Origin: Candidatus Marinacidobacterales bacterium
GTDB taxonomy: Bacteria > Acidobacteriota > Vicinamibacteria > Marinacidobacterales > DATDRI01
Direction of reading: 5' to 3'
NCBI GenBank assembly: GCA_965219415.1
Contig: CBDCNP010000002.1
Location: forward strand, 224,001-288,000
DNA length: 64,000 bases
How positions within the stretch are numbered: the stretch's first letter is position 1; the number at the start of each line of letters is the position of its first letter. Of the stretch, positions 29,394-38,080 are shown in pieces. Below the pieces are notes generated by a model that had not been told where the DNA came from, searched no databases, and saw only the letters and a list, made by a program, of their open reading frames with translations. A program made the position numbers and the translations under genes.

Positions 29394-30308
29394 TCATGGC
29401 TGTATCCGACCATAACAGAACAGTTTCTTGTTGGCGGTGCTAATGAGGACGTGGCGTTGGTCGACGTCTTCGATTCGGCACTCCCCCACCCAATCGGGAA
29501 TCGCGACCTTTTGGCACAACCTTCCCGTTTGTAGCTCCAACGTCCACAAATAGTAGTGCCCGCCATGCGGTTCGGCGGGATCGAAAGTCAACTCCCGATA
29601 CCGCTCTGACACAACCATGTAGACGAAGCCATCACTGTAACGATAAGAGTAGTAGTTCCCGGTGATGAAGTGGCCTTCCCGCGCGAGGTCGAAATGCCAA
29701 CGCGATGCACCATTGGTTGCGGCTCGGAAAAGGTGAAATCCCTCGTCGTCTTCCGATCCGCGAGTGAGCACGTCACCGTTATCGAGCTTCAAGGGTTGTC
29801 CCATGTAGAAATTCCAAGGAGCGTCTTTCGCTTGCGCGTTGTCCATCCACTCTTCCGGATCGGCCCCCGCTTCTCCGACAACGTTCCCGGTATGGATGCT
29901 CAACACCTTCCCACCTTCGCAGAAACACAGCGACCCCTCCACATGGGCGGCGGTGCCCGGAACAGGCGGACCGACGAAGGGAATGAGCTCGAGAAGACGG
30001 CGCCCCCAACTCACTTCTCGGCGAGTCGGCCACAACAGCTTTCCTGTATCGACCGAGATCCCCCAAGCACCGAAGCTCGCGGTCCAAGGCCCGCCGGACT
30101 TCGTTTCGGTGGCCACGATCACGCCGTCGCTAATCCCACAGATCGTGTTCGGCCCCTCGAATGTGTGCTCCCATAGCCTGCGACCGCTCTGTAGGTCCAC
30201 GCAAAACCACTGCCCGACCGCTTTCCCATCCGACAGATGTACGTGGCCATACCAGTCCGTCAGTGCGTCACGCGCCGTGAACTGCCAGGTTGGTTTGTCG
30301 ACGATCAT
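29394..30308 (-). CDS. PQQ-like beta-propeller repeat protein
   Basis: Repeated blades CVDLQSGRRLW, SVDTGKLLW, TNGASRW, LELQTGRL. The ATG overlaps the kptA stop (ATGA 30305-30308). Confidence 0.65.
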   Translation of the reverse strand: MIVDKPTWQFTARDALTDWYGHVHLSDGKAVGQWFCVDLQSGRRLWEHTFEGPNTICGISDGVIVATETKSGGPWTASFGAWGISVDTGKLLWPTRREVSWGRRLLELIPFVGPPVPGTAAHVEGSLCFCEGGKVLSIHTGNVVGEAGADPEEWMDNAQAKDAPWNFYMGQPLKLDNGDVLTRGSEDDEGFHLFRAATNGASRWHFDLAREGHFITGNYYSYRYSDGFVYMVVSERYRELTFDPAEPHGGHYYLWTLELQTGRLCQKVAIPDWVGECRIEDVDQRHVLISTANKKLFCYGRIQP

Positions 30309-30871
30309 GTCCGGTTCGAGAAATCTATGTATCGAGGCGGAACCTCTCCGGTGAGCCAAACGCCGTTCTCCGACAAAAAGAACTCATAGCCGTCGGCGCA
30401 CATTTCGTCGGACCGGATGCGTAGTACCACCGGTTCCCCGTGCCTCTGACCAACCTTGCGAGCCGTTGGCGCGTCGGGCGAAAGATGGACGTGTTGACGA
30501 CCTCGGCTGGTCAGTCCCCGGTCGCGAATTCCCTCCACGAAGCGCTTGGCAATCCCATGATAGAGAACCCTTGGCGGTTCGACCCCGTCCAGACCGAGAT
30601 CGACCTGAAGCGAGTGCCCTTGTACGGCGCGAATCCGAAGGCCATCTTCGCTAAGGCTGAACCGACCCTTGTCGTTTTGCTCGATGACCTTCTTTAGGGA
30701 ATCCGCCGTTAGCGTCACGCCTGCAGCGCTCGCCCGCTCAATTAATTCTGAGACGCTCGCCCACCCGCCCTCATCCAGAGACAAACCAATCCTTTCCGGC
30801 TGGTGGCGAAGCACCAGTGCCAGGAACTTGCTGATACGTACGAGCTTTTTTTCCATGGGCTTAGCTATCAA
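30305..30871 (-). CDS. kptA: RNA 2'-phosphotransferase (KptA/Tpt1, ADP-ribosyltransferase fold)
   Basis: SKFLALVLRHQP, DKGRF, IRAVQGHS, LYHG(I), RQHVHLS, ENGVWL. Confidence 0.95.
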   Translation of the reverse strand: MIAKPMEKKLVRISKFLALVLRHQPERIGLSLDEGGWASVSELIERASAAGVTLTADSLKKVIEQNDKGRFSLSEDGLRIRAVQGHSLQVDLGLDGVEPPRVLYHGIAKRFVEGIRDRGLTSRGRQHVHLSPDAPTARKVGQRHGEPVVLRIRSDEMCADGYEFFLSENGVWLTGEVPPRYIDFSNRT

Positions 30872-30938
30872 CGTCTTTGCAACTTCCGTGCCGCCGTATA
30901 ACGCACGGCACTATCACAGAGTGTAGAATCTACTCAGT

Positions 30939-31478
30939 ATGACGGCAAAAAGCCGAATCGTTCCCCCTGACGACCAGCTGACCAAGGTCGCGGCTCACAC
31001 GGTCTCGCGGCTGAAGCTCGGCGTATACGGAGCCCTGGTCGGCGTTCTGCTGGGCATCGTCAATACCTTCCTGGACGTCGACTTCACGCCTCGGCTCGCT
31101 CTTGCCGGCTGGCTCGTTGCCGCGATCATCTCGGTCGTCCTATTGCATGAAGGCACTCACGGAGCTGCGGCGACACTGCTCGGCCATCGGCCGATATTTG
31201 GTATTAAGCCTCCCCTCATCTACGTGACGTTCAACGAGAAGTTGCCGCGCTGGCATCTGATTGGCATCGCCGTCGCACCATTCATCCTCTTGAACGTCGT
31301 CTTCGCCGCATTCTACGCGGCGGAGCTTCTCAAGCTCTTTTCGGTCCTGTGCTTCGGGATCAACACGCTCGGGGCGACCGGAGATCTTTGGATTACGAGC
31401 AAGGTACTGGGCGCCGAACCTGGAACCTTCGTTCAAGACACCAAGACCGGAGTCGAGATCTGGAGTGTGCGTCAGTAA
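30939..31478 (+). CDS. DUF3267-like membrane zincin metalloprotease
   Basis: HEGTH (HExxH) in a hydrophobic segment, IAVAPF, N.LGATGDL. Confidence 0.7.
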   Translation: MTAKSRIVPPDDQLTKVAAHTVSRLKLGVYGALVGVLLGIVNTFLDVDFTPRLALAGWLVAAIISVVLLHEGTHGAAATLLGHRPIFGIKPPLIYVTFNEKLPRWHLIGIAVAPFILLNVVFAAFYAAELLKLFSVLCFGINTLGATGDLWITSKVLGAEPGTFVQDTKTGVEIWSVRQ

Positions 31479-32542
31479 GGCGGAAGCAAACGGCGAAATC
31501 CGTGCAGCAGTACAATCGCGAGAAAGAGGAGATTACGGGGCAAGATACCGGGCCAAAAGAGCGCGACGGGGCCGTCCGATCCTCCGTCGCCCTTTTCCGG
31601 AAACTGTTTCGCCAGCTCGGAGGCCAGCCGTCTCATCCAGTGCACCGAGCGCGGCCAATCGACCAAACCTGAGATCCATTCCTTTGGGATGTTGGAGGCC
31701 CCCACGGTGGCCCCGGCCAACGCGCCCACGATAGCCGCGGTCGTATCGGTGTCGCCGCCGAGAGAAACGACCTCCTCGACGGCGCGGCGGAAATCGTTCG
31801 GGGACCGTAGCCAGCAAAAGAGGGCCGCCGGTACGGTGTGATTGATATAACCGGACACTCCCTTCCCTAGACCCAGATCGTCGGCGAATACGGTTGGGAG
31901 AGACTCTCGCTCCAAATGCTCCTCAATCTTCGCCGGAGCGGCTAGGAGCTCCCGACCTTCGACGCGCTCGCGCAGCCAAAAGAGAAACCGTTTGGGATCG
32001 ATGTCGCTCGGCAACTGGCGCGCTCCGTAGGAAGCGGCGAGGGCGACCGCAAGCGCTCCTTGTTCGGCACGAGGGTCGGTATGAGTTAGCCGGGTGGACG
32101 CTCGCGTGAAACGAGCGATCCCGTCCGTGTCGGCCTGAAAGCAAACTCCAATGATGGGAGACCGCATCGCCGGTCCATTGCCAGCAGAGCGGACGCCACT
32201 GCGATCCGGTGGTATCCCCATCCAAAGCTTGAGAAGGGCGCGTAGTGTTCCGAACCCCACCCCGGCGGGAAGCCCGAATAGCCCCCCGCGCAGTCGCCAG
32301 GCGAGGCTGCGAACGAATCGTTCCGGATCATCGGAAGCGGCGAGCAATGACTGCGCCACCATCGTGGTGTGCTCGGTGTCATCGCTCATCATCCCGCGCC
32401 CGAGGGCGAAGCGGTGACGAAGCGGCCCTTCGCCGTAGATTCGAAGCCCCCGACGGCGAGACAACCCCTCGCGGGGAAGTCCCAGGGCGTCACCCACGGC
32501 AGTACCCAACAATGTGCCGGCAATCTCGTCGGTCCGGTTCAC
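31472..32542 (-). CDS. ADP-ribosylglycohydrolase (DraG/ARH family)
   Basis: GTAVGDALG, MSDDT, SAGNGPAMR, TH, GGDTDTTAAIVGALAGA. Confidence 0.93.
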   Translation of the reverse strand: MNRTDEIAGTLLGTAVGDALGLPREGLSRRRGLRIYGEGPLRHRFALGRGMMSDDTEHTTMVAQSLLAASDDPERFVRSLAWRLRGGLFGLPAGVGFGTLRALLKLWMGIPPDRSGVRSAGNGPAMRSPIIGVCFQADTDGIARFTRASTRLTHTDPRAEQGALAVALAASYGARQLPSDIDPKRFLFWLRERVEGRELLAAPAKIEEHLERESLPTVFADDLGLGKGVSGYINHTVPAALFCWLRSPNDFRRAVEEVVSLGGDTDTTAAIVGALAGATVGASNIPKEWISGLVDWPRSVHWMRRLASELAKQFPEKGDGGSDGPVALFWPGILPRNLLFLAIVLLHGFRRLLPPY

Positions 32543-32566
32543 GGCCGTAAAGCTCGAGGAGCGGGG

Positions 32567-33652
32567 CTACTCGTCGCTCTGCATTGGGATCTGGACGTTG
32601 CGTTCTCGTGCGACTTCCGCGGCACGTTCGTAGCCAGCATCCACGTGACGCATCACGCCGGTGCCGGGGTCATTCGTTAGCACCCGCTCGACCCTTTCCG
32701 CACCCTCGTCGGTGCCGTCTGCTACGACCTGTGCCCCAGCGTGTATCGATTTTCCCATCCCCACACCGCCACCATGATGGACCGCGACCCATGCAGCGCC
32801 CGATGCAGTATTAAGGAGGGCATTCAATATCGGCCAGTCGGCAATCGCATCCGAGCCGTCCTTCATCGACTCCGTTTCACGATACGGAGAAGCGACGGAG
32901 CCAGAATCCAAGTGATCGCGCCCGATGACGATCGGCGCTTTGACTTCCCCAGAACGTACGAGCTCGTTGAAGGCGAGGCCCGCTTTGTGGCGCTCGCCGT
33001 ACCCGAGCCAACAGATACGTGACGGCAAACCCTGAAACGCGACCCTCTCTTTGGCCATCTCCAGCCAACCTTGCAATGAACGGTTATCGGGGAAGAGCTT
33101 GGCCACCGCGCGGTCTGTCGCTGCGATATCATCTGGCTCGCCAGAAAGGGCGACCCACCGAGCTTGCCCTTCAGACTTCCACCCGAATTTCTGCTCGGCG
33201 ATGGCGGCGAACGTTTGGTGCGTACCCTGGAGAATCCCTTGTGTGCCGATGTAAATCCATGAGCCCGCCGTCATCTGCCCATACATCGTGAGACCCGCCG
33301 CTTCTAGCTCCCAAAACTCTTCCCAGGTCGCCCAGTCTGGAACTAGGAGGCTGTTTGCGATGAGTACTCGGGGAGACATCGGATGGGTCCGGAAAACACC
33401 TACCGGCTTGCCAGATTGAACCAAGAGCGTCTCGTCGTTCTCGAGCCGCTGGAGACTTCGCACGATGGCGTCGAAGGCATCCCAAGAACGCGCCGCCTTA
33501 CCCCGCCCACCGTAGACAACGAGCTCGGCAGGGTTCTCCGCCACTTCTGGGTCCAGATTGTTCATCAGGCAGCGGAGCGCCGCCTCTTGAAGCCATCCTT
33601 TAGTACTGAGCGTCGAGCCTCGCGGTGCCCTGATTTCCCGGGGCTCGCTCAT
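32567..33652 (-). pseudogene. hutU: Urocanate hydratase with an internal deletion of the NAD-binding domain
   Basis: [29 protein letters not shown], then directly RWVALSG, GRDHLD, HHGGGVG. 361 aa versus about 550 typical; no GLGGMGGAQP motif. Confidence 0.85.
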
Positions 33653-35191
33653 CCCAAGTCACCGACGGCTTTTTCGACGGCGGCAAGTAGCTCGCCGTCT
33701 ACGATCATCCTTGCCGCGGCATCGATCTCGCCTGTCAATTCTCGGTCTTCTTCGAGCCGCGGAACCTTCCCACGCAGTGTTTTGGCCGCAACGCACGTTC
33801 CGGGTGCCGCCACCAACGGGGCTCGGTAGTCGATTCCTTGCACCGCGCACAGGACCTCGACCGCAACAACCTGGGAAGCATTCTCCAACACCTCCCAAAG
33901 CTTGCGACCTGCCCCCCAGCCCATCGACACATGATCCTCTTGGCTGCCCGATGTGGGAATGCTCTCGACGCTTGCGGGATGCGAGAGGACTCGGTTCTCC
34001 GCAACCAGAGCCGCGGCGGTGTACTGTGTGAGCATATAGCCAGCATTTACGCCGGGTTTGGGCGAAAGAAACGCCGGCAGACCCGCCGAGCGCTCCGGGT
34101 CGAGAAGGCGATCGGTGCGCCGCTCCGAGATACTTGAAAGCTCGGTGATGGCGATAGTCATGACGTCCAGTGCTAATGCTAGAGGCTGACCATGGAAATT
34201 GCCGGCAGAAACGACCTCGCCTTGTTCGGGGAAGACAATGGGGTTATCCACTACCGCACCCAGCTCTCGTGTAAACATGTCTCGGGCGAAGGACATCCCC
34301 TCGCGGCAAGCCCCGTGAACTTGGGGTACGCAGCGCAAGCTGTAGGCGTCCTGCACCGCGTGACTGAAATCCTCTGCATGACTCGCCACGATCTTCGAGC
34401 CCTTGAGCAATCGCGCGATATTTTTCGCCGACGCGACTTGTCCAGGGTGCGGTCGCAACGCGTGGATTTCGGGTCGAAACGGGCGGGCGCTTCCGAGCAG
34501 TGCTTCCACCGAAAGCGCGCAGGCGATGTCGGCGGCTCTGGTAATGCGCATCGCACGATGTAGTCCGAGTACGCCGAACGCCAACATGCCCTCGGTGCCG
34601 TTCAAAAGGCTTAGACCCTCTTTCGCGCGAAGGCGAATCGGCTTCAGCCCTCGACGGCTGAGAATTTCTGCGGCGGGCGCGACACGCCCTTCGTCCTTGA
34701 GAAGGCCTTCCCCGATTAGCGGTAGCGCTAGATGAGCGAAAGGAGCCAAATCTCCGGACGCGCTCACCGAGCCTTTACCCGGGACGACCGGCAGGAGATC
34801 TCTTTCCAAGAGCTCGACGTAACGTTCCACAAGAAGAGGTCGCGACGCCAGAATATCCTTGGGCAAGGGTCCGAGCTCGGAGCAAGAGCATGGCGCGAAC
34901 CAGCTCATCCGCGATCGGTGTGCCGACGCCGGCGGCGTGGCTCCGAAGTAGATGAACTTGGAGCTCTTCCGACTCCTCTGGTTCGATCCGAGTGTTGGAC
35001 AGCGCGCCGAATCCGGTGGTCACGCCGTAGATCGTTTGACGCTCTTTCAGCACACGTTCGATGACTGCGAGCGAGGGAGCCATGCGACTCGCCAGATCGG
35101 GATGGACCTCGACCTTGGCCTTTCGTTCCGCCACCGCCACGACGTCCTCCAACCCGAGTGGTCCTCCGTCGATGACCACTCGCTCCGGCAC
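33649..35191 (-). CDS. hutH: Histidine ammonia-lyase, frameshift near 34845
   Basis: [20 protein letters not shown] (MIO-forming ASG), [31 protein letters not shown]. Confidence 0.93.
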
Positions 35192-35195
35192 GAAT

Positions 35196-36096
35196 TTAGT
35201 CCCGGGCCGCCACGCAGGTGGCGAAGCTCATGAAAACGTAAGCCATGTTCATCAACGTCAAATCGTTCACGTCGGCAGAGGCGTCCACTTCCACAAAGTC
35301 TGCCGCACGGACCTTGGGATGCTGTCCGCAAAGCCAGGCGGCGGTGGCCAACTGCCGCGGCCACATTCCGCCCGGCTGGGAACCGGGGCACGCCGGGGCA
35401 TGGGCTCGATCGAGCACGTCGATATCGAAATCCACATAGATCCATTCACACTGGTGGCCGAGCCCCTCAAGGGCCGCACCGACCACCGGTCCCAAACCTT
35501 GTGCCTCCACGGTTTCCATCGTCGCGATTCGAATCCGTTGCTGGTCGCAATAAGCGCGATGTTCGAGAGAATTGGCGAAAGAGTGAATCCCTATTTGGAT
35601 CACTTGCTCCCCGGGTAAGCCGTCCTCTATGAGTGCCCGAATCGGCGTGCCGTTGGTGGGGCCCAGATCCAGCTCTCGTACGTCATGGTGAGCGTCGAGG
35701 GTAAGGACTCCCACGCGGCCCAGCTGGCCTCGGGACACGCCGCGGACGAGCGGACGGGTGATGCCGTCATCCCCACCTTAGAAACGCGTAAACCGATCCC
35801 TTCGCCAGGCGCCGCGCCGATGCCTCGATCGCTGGTTGATACTCCTCCAGACCAAGGGAACTAACCTGCCAATCCCCGAGGTCAGCCACCGAGAGGCGAC
35901 GCACGTCCACGGCGCGTTCGCTGTGGAAAGTGGAAAAGCGGCCCAGCACGCCTCGAAGCCGGTGGGGTGTCTGGTAGGCCTTGGATGGCGAAAGCGATGC
36001 TACGGACGTCGGCACACCTATCACCACGAGTGCAGGGTTCTTGTCGTTTCGAGCCAACCAGCTGTCGGCACGCGGCCAGGAGGCGTCTTCGTTCAT
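35196..36096 (-). CDS. hutG: Formimidoylglutamase (arginase family), frameshift near 35775
   Basis: LDAHHD, TNGTP, DFDIDVLD, PACPGSQPGG; located in the hut operon. Confidence 0.85.
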
Positions 36097-36231
36097 CTAG
36101 TTATGGTCGACCTTCCTTCCATCGAGGCGCGATGATGATATTGAGGTAGGAGGCGGGACGCAAATGCTGAGCCCTCCTAGGTTTTCACGATGAACGTTGG
36201 CGAGTTGCGTGGAATAGGAATGCCGCGGCAG

Positions 36232-36348
36232 CTAGTCATAGACGCAGAGGAAATCGTTGAACGCCTCGTCGGCCACGTGCACCGCGAGGGCGAGAGTCAA
36301 GAGGACCCACGCCAAGCCGTGACGAGCGCCAAGGTCCTTAGGACTCAT
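36232..36348 (-). pseudogene. N-terminal fragment of an HXXEE-like membrane protein
   Basis: MSPKDLGARHGLAWVLLTLALAVHVADEAFNDFLCVYD*; the start overlaps the end of the MOSC gene; sequence beyond the TAG is degenerate. Confidence 0.4.
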
Positions 36349-37042
36349 CACAGCACATCTCGTCGGCTGGCTCCTCCTTCCGCTCGATCTCGATTCCGGC
36401 CTTTTCCAGTCGGTCCACGAAGCCCTCGCGCCAACCGGGCGACAGCGCCTCGATGCGAATCGCCCGCTTGCAGTCCTCCAAATTCTTGAGATCGAAGTAG
36501 TACAAGCGGCAGATTTGCTCGACGGTCATTCCTTCGGGATCTTCTTCTACCAGTTGAAGGGAATCCCCCGCCCCCACCTCGCCTTCTTCGAGCACGCGGA
36601 AATAGAATCCGACCCGGCAACTCTGAAGAAAGAGTTTCGGGAACTTAGGATCGTTCATCTTGATACCCAACCGGTAACAAGGCACTCGGGGCTGAGTTAC
36701 CTCGACCGTCGCGTCGCCGACCCGAAAGGTATCGCCCACGTGAATCCGTTCCTCCAACATGCCCTCGACCGTGAAGTTTTCCCCGAACTGCGGATCGCGG
36801 AAATCGTCCCGACCCAGCTCCCGGCTCCAGTGCTCGTAGTTTTCGCGGGTATAGACGCACACCGCTTTGTAGGGGCCTCCGTGCCCTTTGAGATCCACCT
36901 GCTGGTCGCCGTCGAGATTCAACGTCCGTAGCATGACCCGCCCTGCCACCGGCTCTTTGAAAATTCCCGTGGCAACCGACTTGCCCATATACGGGACTTC
37001 TTTACGAAGCGACACGCTGACCGTCAGAAGTTTCATCGTCAC
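36338..37042 (-). CDS. MOSC-domain protein (YiiM-like, with 3-alpha domain)
   Basis: TGIFKEP, GDQQVD..HGG..KAV, FGENFT, VTQPRVPCYRL, GFYFRVLEEG. Confidence 0.9.
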   Translation of the reverse strand: MTMKLLTVSVSLRKEVPYMGKSVATGIFKEPVAGRVMLRTLNLDGDQQVDLKGHGGPYKAVCVYTRENYEHWSRELGRDDFRDPQFGENFTVEGMLEERIHVGDTFRVGDATVEVTQPRVPCYRLGIKMNDPKFPKLFLQSCRVGFYFRVLEEGEVGAGDSLQLVEEDPEGMTVEQICRLYYFDLKNLEDCKRAIRIEALSPGWREGFVDRLEKAGIEIERKEEPADEMCCDES

Positions 37043-37175
37043 ACCCCCTCGGAATGCTACGCCCGGCCGGTGGGCGCGTCAATCTCTCAGAGAAAACCGG
37101 AGAAAACTTGTGTGTCTCTCTAAGGACTTCGGGGACCTCCGATTGCTACACCCTACCTTGGAAAGGAGAACAACT

Positions 37176-38075
37176 ATGCCTAGGTCCTTATGGATTGTAG
37201 CGATCGCCTTTTTTGGATTGGGCGCGGTGGCAGGAAAGCTGGTGCCCGTCCTCGGTGACCAACGACCCGAAGACAAGGAGGCCATTCGGGCCCATATCGA
37301 CAGCTTCTTTCAGGCCTATATTCAGGGAGACCGAGAGACGATTCGAGCCACCCACAGCGAAGATTGGCGAGGTTTTCTGGGGCAGTCTCGCTCCATCATT
37401 CGTGGGATCGACCCCTACATGGAAGCCGCCAATGCCACGCTCGCCCGACCCGGCGGCATGGTCGGTTATCAGATGGACGACTACGATGTTCTCTTCTACG
37501 GCGATATCGCGTTGGTGCCGTACATCGCGTCTCTCGACGTGGAGTTCGGCGGCAAGCGAATCGATTTCAAACCCAAGATCCGGGTGCTCGACGTCTATGC
37601 GAAAGATGACGGCGAGTGGACTCAAATCGCTTCCAACACCGTCCGGCACCCCGAGACGGAAGCCGCGATCCGCCAGCAGCCGGCTCCAGTGAGTCCGCCT
37701 CTGCGCGAAAAGATCTTGGCGGCGAGAGAGACGGTTTGGCGAGCCTGGCTCTCGAATGACCAGAACGTACTCGGCCGAGTCATCCCCGAGGAGACCATCG
37801 CCGTCAGTGCCGGAGAAGAGGCCTGGGGGGATCGAGAAACTATCCTTGCCGGCGCGCGGGCGTTCGCAGAAAACGGCGGGAAACTCGTTAGCCTCGATTT
37901 TCCGTGCACCGAGATCCTGCTCTACGGTGACGTGGCCATTTTGTACACGACCTACGAAATGGAAACCGAAGTAGGTGGCGAAGCTCAGAGCCTGTCTGGT
38001 CGCGGTACCGAGATCTTCGTGCGGCGGAACGGCAACTGGGTCAACTCCGGCTGGCATCTCGATTCCGGGTCGTAA
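37176..38075 (+). CDS. Exported protein with tandem NTF2-like (DUF4440) domains
   Basis: Signal peptide; two repeats (FYGDIALV...RVLDVYAK..GEW and LYGDVAIL...RGTEIFVRRNGNW); RBS aaggag. Confidence 0.75.
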   Translation: MPRSLWIVAIAFFGLGAVAGKLVPVLGDQRPEDKEAIRAHIDSFFQAYIQGDRETIRATHSEDWRGFLGQSRSIIRGIDPYMEAANATLARPGGMVGYQMDDYDVLFYGDIALVPYIASLDVEFGGKRIDFKPKIRVLDVYAKDDGEWTQIASNTVRHPETEAAIRQQPAPVSPPLREKILAARETVWRAWLSNDQNVLGRVIPEETIAVSAGEEAWGDRETILAGARAFAENGGKLVSLDFPCTEILLYGDVAILYTTYEMETEVGGEAQSLSGRGTEIFVRRNGNWVNSGWHLDSGS

Positions 38076-38080
38076 GAAAA

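Noticed and set aside
13558-36348. Stop-codon reassignment or amber read-through to explain the in-frame stops
   Set aside because: The stops are of mixed type (TAA and TAG), TAG/TAA/TGA all terminate intact genes normally, and long conserved genes have no internal stops.
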